Below are positions 24,817 through 39,700 of a stretch of DNA of 64,000 nucleotides, in pieces. Location of the stretch: assembly GCA_964057225.1 (NCBI GenBank), contig CAXKVF010000090.1, forward strand, positions 86,823 through 150,822, in the 5' to 3' direction. Position 1 is the stretch's first letter, and every line of letters begins with the position of its first letter. Below the pieces are notes generated by a model that saw only the letters and a program-made list of their open reading frames with translations, did not search any database and had not been told where the DNA came from. A program made the translations under genes and the position numbers. This stretch comes from Auanema rhodensis. Taxonomy: Eukaryota; Animalia; Nematoda.

Positions 24817-27800
24817 TCCATATTAGTCTAAAAACAAATTTTTATTGATATTGGTGCATGGTAACCATGACTTTGAAATTTACGTGAACTTTAATTTATG
24901 CTTATTAAATGTACACGTGATGTGCACTTGGTATGTAACTCGCTTCACGTGAAAGATAAAGAAATGCGGTTTTCAAAATTAGATTCCCCATGTCCATATT
25001 AGTCTAAAAACAAATTTTTATTGATATTGGTTCATGGTAACCATGACTTTGAAATTTACGTGAACTTTAATTTATGCTAATTAAATGTACACGTGATGTG
25101 CACTTGGTATGTAACTCGCTTCACGTGAAAGATAAAGAGATGCGATTTCAAAATTAGATTCCCCATGTCCATATTAGTCTAAAAACAAATTTTTATTGAT
25201 ATTGGTTCATGGTAACCATGACTTTGAAATTTACGTGAACTTTAATATATGCTAATTAAATGTACACGTGATGTGCACTTGGTATGTAACTCGCTTCACG
25301 TGAAAGATAAAGAGATGCGGTTTTCAAAATTAGATTCCCCTTGTCCATATTAGTCTAAAAACAAATTTTTATTGATATTGGTTCATGGTAACCATGACTT
25401 TGAAATTTACGTGAACTTTAATTTATGCTAATTAAATGTACACGTGATGTGCACTTGGTATGTAACTCGCTTCACGTGAAAGATAAAGAGATGCGGTTTT
25501 CAAAATTAGATTCCCCATGTCCATATTAGTCTAAAAACAAATTTTTATTGAAATTGCTTCATGGTAACCATGACTTTGAAATTTACGTGAACTTTAATTT
25601 ATGCTAATTAAATGTACACGTGATGTGCACTTGGTATGTAACTCGCTTCACGTGAAAGATAAAGAGATGCGGTTTTCAAAATTAGATTCCCCATGTCCAT
25701 ATTAGTCTAAAAACAAATTTTTATTGATATTGGTTCATGGTAACCATGACTTTGAAATTTACGTGAACTTTAATTTATGCTAATTAAATGTACACGTGAT
25801 GTGCACTTGGTATGTAACTCGCTTCACGTGAAAGATAAAGAGATGCGGTTTTCAAAATTAGATTCCCCATGTCCATATTAGTCTAAAAACAAATTTTTAT
25901 TGATATTGCTTCATGGTAACCATGACTTTGAAATTTACGTGAACTTTAATTTATGCTAATTAAATGTACACGTGATGTGCACTTGGTATGTAACTCGCTT
26001 CACGTGAAAGATAAAGAGATGCGGTTTTCAAAATTAGATTCCCCATGTCCATATTAGTCTAAAAACAAATTTTTATTGATATTGGTTCATGGTAACCATG
26101 ACTTTGAAATTTACGTGAACTTTAATTTATGCTAATTAAATGTACACGTGATGTGCACTTGGTATGTAACTCGCTTCACGTGAAAGATAAAGAGATGCGG
26201 TTTTCAAAATTAGATTCCCCATGTCCATATTAGTCTAAAAACAAATTTTTATTGATATTGGTGCATGGTAACCATGACTTTGAAATTTACGTGAACTTTA
26301 ATTTATGCTAATTAAATGTACACGTTATGTGCACTTGGTATGTAACTCGCTTCACGTGAAAGATAAAGAGATGCGGTTTTCAAAATTAGATTCCCCATGT
26401 CCATATTAGTCTAAAAACAAATTTTTATTGATATTGGTTCATGGTAACCATGACTTTGAAATTTACGTGAACTTTAATTTATGCTAATTAAATGTACACG
26501 TGATGTGCACTTGGTATGTAACTCGCTTCACGTGAAAGATAAAGAGATGCGGTTTTCAAAATTAGATTCCCCATGTCCATATTAGTCTAAAAACAAATTT
26601 TTATTGATATTGCTTCATGGTAACCATGACTTTGAAATTTACGTGAACTTTAATTTATGCTAATTAAATGTACACGTGATGTGCACTTGGTATGTAACTC
26701 GCTTCACGTGAAAGATAAAGAGATGCGGTTTTCAAAATTAGATTCCCCATGTCCATATTAGTCTAAAAACAAATTTTTATTGATATTGGTTCATGGTAAC
26801 CATGACTTTGAAATTTACGTGAACTTTAATTTATGCTAATTAAATGTACACGTGATGTGCACTTGGTATGTAACTCGCTTCACGTGAAAGATAAAGAGAT
26901 GCGGTTTTCAAAATTAGATTCCCCATGTCCATATTAGTCTAAAAACAAATTTTTATTGATATTGGTTCATGGTAACCATGACTTTGAAATTTACGTGAAC
27001 TTTAATTTATGCTAATTAAATGTACACGTGATGTGCACTTGGTATGTAACTCGCTTCACGTGAAAGATAAAGAGATGCGGTTTTCAAAATTAGATTCCCC
27101 ATGTCCATATTAGTCTAAAAACAAATTTTTATTGATATTGGTGCATGGTAACCATGACTTTGAAATTTACGTGAACTTTAATTTATGCTAATTAAATGTA
27201 CACGTGATGTGCACTTGGTATGCAACTCGCTTCACGTGAAAGATAAAGAAATGCGGTTTTCAAAATTAGATTCCCCATGTCCATATTAGTCTAAAAACAA
27301 ATTTTTATTGATATTGGTGCATGGTAACCATGACTTTGAAATTTACGTGAACTTTAATTTATGCTAATTAAATGTACACGTGATGTGCACTTGGTATGTA
27401 ACTCGCTTCACGTGAAAGATAAAGAAATGCGGTTTTCAAAATTAGATTCCCCATGTCCATATTAGTCTAAAAACAAATTTTTATTGATATTGGTTCATGG
27501 TAACCATGACTTTGAAATTTACGTGAACTTTAATTTATGCTAATTAAATGTACACGTTATGTGCACTTGGTATGTAACTCGCTTCACGTGAAAGATAAAG
27601 AGATGCGGTTTTCAAAATTAGATTCCCCATGTCCATATTAGTCTAAAAACAAATTTTTATTGATATTGGTTCATGGTAACCATGACTTTGAAATTTACGT
27701 GAACTTTAATTTATGCTAATTAAATGTACACGTGATGTGCACTTGGTATGTAACTCGCTTCACGTGAAAGATAAAGAGATGCGGTTTTCAAAATTAGATT

Positions 27801-30800
27801 CCCCATGTCCATATTAGTCTAAAAACAAATTTTTATTGATATTGCTTCATGGTAACCATGACTTTGAAATTTACGTGAACTTTAATTTATGCTAATTAAA
27901 TGTACACGTGATGTGCACTTGGTATGTAACTCGCTTCACGTGAAAGATAAAGAGATGCGGTTTTCAAAATTAGATTCCTCATGTCCATATTAGTCTAAAA
28001 ACAAATTTTTATTGATATTGGTTCATGGTAACCATGACTTTGAAATTTACGTGAACTTTAATTTATGCTAATTAAATGTACACGTGATGTGCACTTGGTA
28101 TGTAACTCGCTTCACGTGAAAGATAAAGAGATGCGGTTTTCAAAATTAGATTCCCCATGTCCATATTAGTCTAAAAACAAATTTTTATTGATATTGCTTC
28201 ATGGTAACCATGACTTTGAAATTTACGTGAACTTTAATTTATGCTAATTAAATGTACACGTGATGTGCACTTGGTATGTAACTCGCTTCACGTGAAAGAT
28301 AAAGAGATGCGGTTTTCAAAATTAGATTCCCCATGTCCATATTAGTCTAAAAACAAATTTTTATTGATATTGGTTCATGGTAACCATGACTTTGAAATTT
28401 ACGTGAACTTTAATTTATGCTAATTAAATGTACACGTGATGTGCACTTGGTATATAACTCGCTTCACGTGAAAGATAAAGAGATGCGGTTTTCAAAATTA
28501 GATTCCCCATGTCCATATTAGTCTAAAAACAAATTTTTATTGATATTGGTGCATGGTAACCATGACTTTGAAATTTACGTGAACTTTAATTTATGCTAAT
28601 TAAATGTACACGTGATGTGCACTTGGTATGTAACTCGCTTCACGTGAAAGATAAAGAAATGCGGTTTTCAAAATTAGATTCCCCATGTCCATATTAGTCT
28701 AAAAACAAATTTTTATTGATATTGGTTCATGGTAACCATGACTTTGAAATTTACGTGAACTTTAATTTATGCTAATTAAATGTACACGTTATGTGCACTT
28801 GGTATGTAACTCGCTTCACGTGAAAGATAAAGAGATGCGGTTTTCAAAATTAGATTCCCCATGTCCATATTAGTCTAAAAACAAATTTTTATTGATATTG
28901 GTTCATGGTAACCATGACTTTGAAATTTACGTGAACTTTAATTTATGCTAATTAAATGTACACGTGATGTGCACTTGGTATGTAACTCGCTTCACGTGAA
29001 AGATAAAGAGATGCGGTTTTCAAAATTAGATTCCCCATGTCCATATTAGTCTAAAAACAAATTTTTATTGATATTGCTTCATGGTAACCATGACTTTGAA
29101 ATTTACGTGAACTTTAATTTATGCTAATTAAATGTACACGTGATGTGCACTTGGTATGTAACTCGCTTCACGTGAAAGATAAAGAGATGCGGTTTTCAAA
29201 ATTAGATTCCCCATGTCCATATTAGTCTAAAAACAAATTTTTATTGATATTGGTTCATGGTAACCATGACTTTGAAATTTACGTGAACTTTAATTTATGC
29301 TAATTAAATGTACACGTGATGTGCACTTGGTATGTAACTCGCTTCACGTGAAAGATAAAGAGATGCGGTTTTCAAAATTAGATTCCCCATGTCCATATTA
29401 GTCTAAAAACAAATTTTTATTGATATTGGTTCATGGTAACCATGACTTTGAAATTTACGTGAACTTTAATTTATGCTAATTAAATGTACACGTGATGTGC
29501 ACTTGGTATGTAACTCGCTTCACGTGAAAGATAAAGAGATGCGGTTTTCAAAATTAGATTCCCCATGTCCATATTAGTCTAAAAACAAATTTTTATTGAT
29601 ATTGGTGCATGGTAACCATGACTTTGAAATTTACGTGAACTTTAATTTATGCTAATTAAATGTACACGTGATGTGCACTTGGTATGTAACTCGCTTCACG
29701 TGAAAGATAAAGAAATGCGGTTTTCAAAATTAGATTCCCCATGTCCATATTAGTCTAAAAACAAATTTTTATTGATATTGGTTCATGGTAACCATGACTT
29801 TGAAATTTACGTGAACTTTAATTTATGCTAATTAAATGTACACGTGATGTGCACTTGGTATGTAACTCGCTTCACGTGAAAGATAAAGAGATGCGGTTTT
29901 CAAAATTAGATTCCCCATGTCCATATTAGTCTAAAAACAAATTTTTATTGATATTGGTGCATGGTAACCATGACTTTGAATTTTACGTGAACTTTAATTT
30001 ATGCTAATTAAATGTACACGTGATGTGCACTTGGTATGTAACTCGCTTCACGTGAAAGATAAAGAGATGCGGTTTTCAAAATTAGATTCCCCATGTCCAT
30101 ATTAGTCTAAAAACAAATTTTTATTGATATTGGTTCATGGTAACCATGACTTTGAAATTTACGTGAACTTTAATTTATGCTAATTAAATGTACACGTGAT
30201 GTGCACTTGGTATGTAACTCGCTTCACGTGAAAGATAAAGAGATGCGGTTTTCAAAATTAGATTCCCCATGTCCATATTAGTCTAAAAACAAATTTTTAT
30301 TGATATTGCTTCATGGTAACCGTGACTTTGAAATTTACGTGAACTTTAATTTATGCTAATTAAATGTACACGTGATGTGCACTTGGTATGTAACTCGCTT
30401 CACGTGAAAGATAAAGAGATGCGGTTTTCAAAATTAGATTCCCCATGTCCATATTAGTCTAAAAACAAATTTTTATTGATATTGGTTCATGGTAACCATG
30501 ACTTTGAAATTTACGTGAACTTTAATTTATGCTAATTAAATGTACACGTGATGTGCACTTGGTATGTAACTCGCTTCACGTGAAAGATAAAGAGATGCGG
30601 TTTTCAAAATTAGATTCCCCATGTCCATATTAGTCTAAAAACAAATTTTTATTGATATTGGTTCATGGTAACCATGACTTTGAAATTTACGTGAACTTTA
30701 ATTTATGCTAATTAAATGTACACGTGATGTGCACTTGGTATGTAACTCGCTTCACGTGAAAGATAAAGAGATGCGGTTTTCAAAATTAGATTCCCCATGT

Positions 30801-32911
30801 CCATATTAGTCTAAAAACAAATTTTTATTGATATTGGTGCATGGTAACCATGACTTTGAATTTTACGTGAACTTTAATTTATGCTAATTAAATGTACACG
30901 TGATGTGCACTTGGTATGTAACTCGCTTCACGTGAAAGATAAAGAGATGCGGTTTTCAAAATTAGATTCCCCATGTCCATATTAGTCTAAAAACAAATTT
31001 TTATTGATATTGGTTCATGGTAACCATGACTTTGAAATTTACGTGAACTTTAATTTATGCTAATTAAATGTACACGTGATGTGCACTTGGTATGTAACTC
31101 GCTTCACGTGAAAGATAAAGAGATGCGGTTTTCAAAATTAGATTCCCCATGTCCATATTAGTCTAAAAACAAATTTTTATTGATATTGCTTCATGGTAAC
31201 CATGACTTTGAAATTTACGTGAACTTTAATTTATGCTAATTAAATGTACACGTGATGTGCACTTGGTATGTAACTCGCTTCACGTGAAAGATAAAGAGAT
31301 GCGGTTTTCAAAATTAGATTCCCCATGTCCATATTAGTCTGAAAACAAATTTTTATTGATATTGGTTCATGGTAACCATGACTTTGAAATTTACGTGAAC
31401 TTTAATTTATGCTAATTAAATGTACACGTGATGTGCACTTGGTATGTAACTCGCTTCACGTGAAAGATAAAGAGATGCGGTTTTCAAAATTAGATTCCCC
31501 ATGTCCATATTAGTCTAAAAACAAATTTTTATTGATATTGGTGCATGGTAACCATGACTTTGAAATTTACGTGAACTTTAATTTATGCTAATTAAATGTA
31601 CACGTGATGTGCACTTGGTATATAACTCGCTTCACGTGAAAGATAAAGAGATGCGGTTTTCAAAATTAGATTCCCCATGTCCATATTAGTCTAAAAACAA
31701 ATTTTTATTAATATTGCTTCATGGTAACCATGACTTTGAAATTTACGTGAACTTTAATTTATGCTAATTAAATGTACACGTGATGTGCACTTGGTATGTA
31801 ACTCGCTTCACGTGAAAGATAAAGAGATGCGGTTTTCAAAATTAGATTCCCCATGTCCATATTAGTCTAAAAACAAATTTTTATTGATATTGGTTCATGG
31901 TAACCATGACTTTGAAATTTACGTGAACTTTAATTTATGCTAATTAAATGTACACGTGATGTGCACTTGGTATGTAACTCGCTTCACGTGAAAGATAAAG
32001 AGATGCGGTTTTCAAAATTAGATTCCCCATGTCCATATTAGTCTAAACACAAATTTTTATTGATATTGGTTCATGGTAACCATGACTTTGAAATTTACGT
32101 GAACTTTAATTTATGCTAATTAAATGTACACGTGATGTGCACTTGGTATGTAACTCGCTTCACGTGAAAGATAAAGAGATGCGGTTTTCAAAATTAGATT
32201 CCCCATGTCCATATTAGTCTAAAAACAAATTTTTATTGATATTGGTTCATGGTAACCATGACTTTGAAATTTACGTGAACTTTAATTTATGCTAATTAAA
32301 TGTACACGTGATGTGCACTTGGTATGTAACTCGCTTCACGTGAAAGATAAAGAGATGCGGTTTTCAAAATTAGATTCCCCATGTCCATATTAGTCTAAAA
32401 ACAAATTTTTATTGATATTGCTTCATGGTAACCATGACTTTGAAGTTTACGTGAACTTTAATTTATGCTAATTAAATGTACACGTGATGTGCACTTGGTA
32501 TGTAACTCGCTTCACGTGAAAGATAAAGAGATGCGGTTTTCAAAATTAGATTCCCCATGTCCATATTAGTCTAAAAACAAATTTGTATTGATATTGGTTC
32601 ATGGTAACCATGACTTTGAAATTTACGTGAACTTTAATTTATGCTAATTAAATGTACACGTGATGTGCACTTGGTATGTAACTCGCTTCACGTGAAAGAT
32701 AAAGAGATGCGGTTTTCAAAATTAGATTCCCCATGTCCATATTAGTCTAAAAACAAATTTTTATTGATATTGGTGCATGGTAACCATGACTTTGAAATTT
32801 ACGTGAACTTTAATTTATGCTAATTAAATGTACACGTGATGTGCACTTGGTATGTAACTCGCTTCACGTGAAAGATAAAGAGATGCGGTTTTCAAAATTA
32901 GATTCCCCATG

Positions 32912-35900
32912 TCCATATTAGTCTAAAAACAAATTTTTATTGATATTGGTTCATGGTAACCATGACTTTGAAATTTACGTGAACTTTAATTTATGCTAAT
33001 TAAATGTACACGTGATGTGCACTTGGTATGTAACTCGCTTCACGTGAAAGATAAAGAGATGCGGTTTTCAAAATTAGATTCCCCATGTCCATATTAGTCT
33101 AAAAACAAATTTTTATTGATATTGGTGCATGGTAACCATGACTTTGAAATTTACGTGAACTTTAATTTATGCTAATTAAATGTACACGTGATGTGCACTT
33201 GGTATGTAACTCGCTTCACGTGAAAGATAAAGAGATGCGGTTTTCAAAATTAGATTCCCCATGTCCATATTAGTCTAAAAACAAATTTTTATTGATATTG
33301 GTGCATGGTAACCATGACTTTGAAATTTACGTGAACTTTAATTTATGCTAATTAAATGTACACGTGATGTGCACTTGGTATGTAACTCGCTTCACGTGAA
33401 AGATAAAGAAATGCGGTTTTCAAAATTAGATTCCCCATGTCCATATTAGTCTAAAAACAAATTTTTATTGATATTGGTGCATGGTAACCATGACTTTGAA
33501 ATTTACGTGAACTTTAATTTATGCTAATTAAATGTACACGTTATGTGCACTTGGTATGTAACTCGCTTCACGTGAAAGATAAAGAGATGCGGTTTTCAAA
33601 ATTAGATTCCCCATGTCCATATTAGTCTAAAAACAAATTTTTATTGATATTGGTTCATGGTAACCATGACTTTGAAATTTACGTGAACTTTAATTTATGC
33701 TAATTAAATGTACACGTGATGTGCACTTGGTATGTAACTCGCTTCACGTGAAAGATAAAGAGATGCGGTTTTCAAAATTAGATTCCCCATGTCCATATTA
33801 GTCTAAAAACAAATTTTTATTGTTATTGCTTCATGGTAACCATGACTTTGAAATTTACGTGAACTTTAATTTATGCTAATTAAATGTACACGTGATGTGC
33901 ACTTGGTATGTAACTCGCTTCACGTGAAAGATAAAGAGATGCGGTTTTCAAAATTAGGTTCCCCATGTCCATATTAGTCTAAAAACAAATTTTTATTGAT
34001 ATTGGTTCATGGTAACCATGACTTTGAAATTTACGTGAACTTTAATTTATGCTAATTAAATGTACACGTGATGTGCACTTGGTATGTAACTCGCTTCACG
34101 TGAAAGATAAAGAGATGCGGTTTTCAAAATTAGATTCCCCATGTCCATATTAGTCTAAAAACAAATTTTTATTGATATTGGTTCATGGTAACCATGACTT
34201 TGAAATTTACGTGAACTTTAATTTATGCTAATTAAATGTACACGTGATGTGCACTTGGTATGTAACTCGCTTCACGTGAAAGATAAAGAGATGCGGTTTT
34301 CAAAATTAGATTCCCCATGTCCATATTAGTCTAAAAACAAATTTTTATTGATATTGGTGCATGGTAACCATGACTTTGAATTTTACGTGAACTTTAATTT
34401 ATGCTAATTAAATGTACACGTGATGTGCACTTGGTATGTAACTCGCTTCACGTGAAAGATAAAGAGATGAGGTTTTCAAAATTAGATTCCCCATGTCCAT
34501 ATTAGTCTAAAAACAAATTTTTATTGATATTGGTTCATGGTAACCATGACTTTGAAATTTACGTGAACTTTAATTTATGCTAATTAAATGTACACGTGAT
34601 GTGCACTTGGTATGTAACTCGCTTCACGTGAAAGATAAAGAGATGCGGTTTTCAAAATTAGATTCCCCATGTCCATATTAGTCTAAAAACAAATTTTTAT
34701 TGATATTGCTTCATGGTAACCGTGACTTTGAAATTTACGTGAACTTTAATTTATGCTAATTAAATGTACACGTGATGTGCACTTGGTATGTAACTCGCTT
34801 CACGTGAAAGATAAAGAGATGCGGTTTTCAAAATTAGATTCCCCATGTCCATATTAGTCTAAAAACAAATTTTTATTGATATTGGTTCATGGTAACCATG
34901 ACTTTGAAATTTACGTGAACTTTAATTTATGCTAATTAAATGTACACGTGATGTGCACTTGGTATGTAACTCGCTTCACGTGAAAGATAAAGAGATGCGG
35001 TTTTCAAAATTAGATTCCCCATGTCCATATTAGTCTAAAAACAAATTTTTATTGATATTGGTGCATGGTAACCATGACTTTGAAATTTACGTGAACTTTA
35101 ATTTATGCTAATTAAATGTACACGTGATGTGCACTTGGTATGTAACTCGCTTCACGTGAAAGATAAAGAGATGCGGTTTTCAAAATTAGATTCCCCATGT
35201 CCATATTAGTCTAAAAACAAATTTTTATTGATATTGGTGCATGGTAACCATGACTTTGAAATTTACGTGAACTTTAATTTATGCTAATTAAATGTACACG
35301 TGATGTGCACTTGGTATGTAACTCGCTTCACGTGAAAGATAAAGAAATGCGGTTTTCAAAATTAGATTCCCCATGTCCATATTAGTCTAAAAACAAATTT
35401 TTATTGATATTGGTGCATGGTAACCATGACTTTGAAATTTACGTGAACTTTAATTTATGCTAATTAAATGTACACGTTATGTGCACTTGGTATGTAACTC
35501 GCTTCACGTGAAAGATAAAGAGATGCGGTTTTCAAAATTAGATTCCCCATGTCCATATTAGTCTAAAAACAAATTTTTATTGATATTGGTTCATGGTAAC
35601 CATGACTTTGAAATTTACGTGAACTTTAATTTATGCTAATTAAATGTACACGTGATGTGCACTTGGTATGTAACTCGCTTCACGTGAAAGATAAAGAGAT
35701 GCGGTTTTCAAAATTAGATTCCCCATGTCCATATTAGTCTAAAAACAAATTTTTATTGTTATTGCTTCATGGTAACCATGACTTTGAAATTTACGTGAAC
35801 TTTAATTTATGCTAATTAAATGTACACGTGATGTGCACTTGGTATGTAACTCGCTTCACGTGAAAGATAAAGAGATGCGGTTTTCAAAATTAGATTCCCC

Positions 35901-36783
35901 ATGTCCATATTAGTCTAAAAACAAATTTTTATTGATATTGGTTCATGGTAACCATGACTTTGAAATTTACGTGAACTTTAATTTATGCTAATTAAATGTA
36001 CACGTGATGTGCACTTGGTATGTAACTCGCTTCACGTGAAAGATAAAGAGATGCGGTTTTCAAAATTAGATTCCCCATGTCCATATTAGTCTAAAAACAA
36101 ATTTTTATTGATATTGGTTCATGGTAACCATGACTTTGAAATTTACGTGAACTTTAATTTATGCTAATTAAATGTACACGTGATGTGCACTTGGTATGTA
36201 ACTCGCTTCACGTGAAAGATAAAGAGATGCGGTTTTCAAAATTAGATTCCCCATGTCCATATTAGTCTAAAAACAAATTTTTATTGATATTGGTGCATGG
36301 TAACCATGACTTTGAATTTTACGTGAACTTTAATTTATGCTAATTAAATGTACACGTGATGTGCACTTGTTATGTAACTCGCTTCACGTGAAAGATAAAG
36401 AGATGCGGTTTTCAAAATTAGATTCCCCATGTCCATATTAGTCTAAAAACAAATTTTTATTGATATTGGTTCATGGTAACCATGACTTTGAAATTTACGT
36501 GAACTTTAATTTATGCTAATTAAATGTACACGTGATGTGCACTTGGTATGTAACTCGCTTCACGTGAAAGATAAAGAGATGCGGTTTTCAAAATTAGATT
36601 CCCCATGTCCATATTAGTCTAAAAACAAATTTTTATTGATATTGCTTCATGGTAACCGTGACTTTGAAATTTACGTGAACTTTAATTTATGCTAATTAAA
36701 TGTACATGTGATGTGCACTTGGTATGTAACTCGCTTCACGTGAAAGATAAAGAGATGCGGTTTTCAAAATTAGATTCCCCATG
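32912..36783. repeat. Local higher-order repeat: 11-monomer unit (1936 bp) x2
   Basis: T103 33542/35478, T32 33823/35759, T62 34381/36317 and G51 34722/36658 are all +1936. Confidence 0.9.
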
Positions 36784-39700
36784 TCCATATTAGTCTAAAA
36801 ACAAATTTTTATTGATATTGGTTCATGGTAACCATGACTTTGAAATTTACGTGAACTTTAATTTATGCTAATTAAATGTACACGTGATGTGCACTTGGTA
36901 TGTAACTCGCTTCACGTGAAAGATAAAGAGATGCGGTTTTTAAAATTAGATTCCCCATGTCCATATTAGTCTAAAAACAAATTTTTATTGATATTGGTTC
37001 ATGGTAACCATGACTTTGAAATTTACGTGAACTTTAATTTATGCTAATTAAATGTACACGTGATGTGCACTTGGTATGTAACTCGCTTCACGTGAAAGAT
37101 AAAGAGATGCGGTTTTCAAAATTAGATTCCCCATGTCCATATTAGTCTAAAAACAAATTTTTATTGATATTGGTGCATGGTAACCATGACTTTGAATTTT
37201 ACGTGAACTTTAATTTATGCTAATTAAATGTACACGTGATGTGCACTTGGTATGTAACTCGCTTCACGTGAAAGATAAAGAGATGCGGTTTTCAAAATTA
37301 GATTCCCCATGTCCATATTAGTCTAAAAACAAATTTTTATTGATATTGCTTCATGGTAACCATGACTTTGAAATTTACGTGAACTTTAATTTATGCTAAT
37401 TAAATGTACACGTGATGTGCACTTGGTATGTAACTCGCTTCACGTGAAAGATAAAGAGATGCGGTTTTCAAAATTAGATTCCCCATGTCCATATTAGTCT
37501 AAAAACAAATTTTTATTGATATTGCTTCATGGTAACCATGACTTTGAAATTTACGTGAACTTTAATTTATGCTAATTAAATGTACACGTGATGTGCACTT
37601 GGTATATAACTCGCTTCACGTGAAAGATAAAGAGATGCGGTTTTCAAAATTAGATTCCCCATGTCCATATTAGTCTAAAAACAAATTTTCATTGATATTG
37701 GTGCATGGTAACCATGACTTTGAAATTTACGTGAACTTTAATTTATGCTAATTAAATGTACACGTGATGTGCACTTGGTATATAACTCGCTTCACGTGAA
37801 AGATAAAGAGATGCGGTTTTCAAAATTAGATTCCCCATGTCCATATTAGTCTAAAAACAAATTTTTATTAATATTGCTTCATGGTAACCATGACTTTGAA
37901 ATTTACGTGAACTTTAATTTATGCTAATTAAATGTACACGTGATGTGCACTTGGTATGTAACTCGCTTCACGTGAAAGATAAAGAGATGCGGTTTTCAAA
38001 ATTAGATTCCCCATGTCCATATTAGTCTAAAAACAAATTTTTATTGATATTGGTTCATGGTAACCATGACTTTGAAATTTACGTGAACTTTAATTTATGC
38101 TAATTAAATGTACACGTGATGTGCACTTGGTATGTAACTCGCTTCACGTGAAAGATAAAGAGATGCGGTTTTCAAAATTAGATTCCCCATGTCCATATTA
38201 GTCTAAACACAAATTTTTATTGATATTGGTTCATGGTAACCATGACTTTGAAATTTACGTGAACTTTAATTTATGCTAATTAAATGTACACGTGATGTGC
38301 ACTTGGTATGTAACTCGGTTCACGTGAAAGATAAAGAGATGCGGTTTTCAAAATTAGATTCCCCATGTCCATATTAGTCTAAAAACAAATTTTTATTGAT
38401 ATTGGTTCATGGTAACCATGACTTTGAAATTTACGTGAACTTTAATTTATGCTAATTAAATGTACACGTGATGTGCACTTGGTATGTAACTCGCTTCACG
38501 TGAAAGATAAAGAGATGCGGTTTTCAAAATTAGATTCCCCATGTCCATATTAGTCTAAAAACAAATTTTTATTGATATTGCTTCATGGTAACCATGACTT
38601 TGAAGTTTACGTGAACTTTAATTTATGCTAATTAAATGTACACGTGATGTGCACTTGGTATGTAACTCGCTTCACGTGAAAGATAAAGAGATGCGGTTTT
38701 CAAAATTAGATTCCCCATGTCCATATTAGTCTAAAAACAAATTTGTATTGATATTGGTTCATGGTAACCATGACTTTGAAATTTACGTGAACTTTAATTT
38801 ATGCTAATTAAATGTACACGTGATGTGCACTTGGTATGTAACTCGCTTCACGTGAAAGATAAAGAGATGCGGTTTTCAAAATTAGATTCCCCATGTCCAT
38901 ATTAGTCTAAAAACAAATTTTTATTGATATTGGTGCATGGTAACCATGACTTTGAAATTTACGTGAACTTTAATTTATGCTAATTAAATGTACACGTGAT
39001 GTGCACTTGGTATGTAACTCGCTTCACGTGAAAGATAAAGAAATGCGGTTTTCAAAATTAGATTCCCCATGTCCATATTAGTCTAAAAACAAATTTTTAT
39101 TGATATTGGTTCATGGTAACCATGACTTTGAAATTTACGTGAACTTTAATTTATGCTAATTAAATGTACACGTGATGTGCACTTGGTATGTAACTCGCTT
39201 CACGTGAAAGATAAAGAGATGCGGTTTTCAAAATTAGATTCCCCATGTCCATATTAGTCTAAAAACAAATTTTTATTGATATTGGTGCATGGTAACCATG
39301 ACTTTGAAATTTACGTGAACTTTAATTTATGCTAATTAAATGTACACGTGATGTGCACTTGGTATGTAACTCGCTTCACGTGAAAGATAAAGAAATGCGG
39401 TTTTCAAAATTAGATTCCCCATGTCCATATTAGTCTAAAAACAAATTTTTATTGATATTGGTTCATGGTAACCATGACTTTGAAATTTACGTGAACTTTA
39501 ATTTATGCTAATTAAATGTACACGTGATGTGCACTTGGTATGTAACTCGCTTCACGTGAAAGATAAAGAGATGCGGTTTTCAAAATTAGATTCCCCATGT
39601 CCATATTAGTCTAAAAACAAATTTTTATTGATATTGCTTCATGGTAACCATGACTTTGAAATTTACGTGAACTTTAATTTATGCTAATTAAATGTACACG

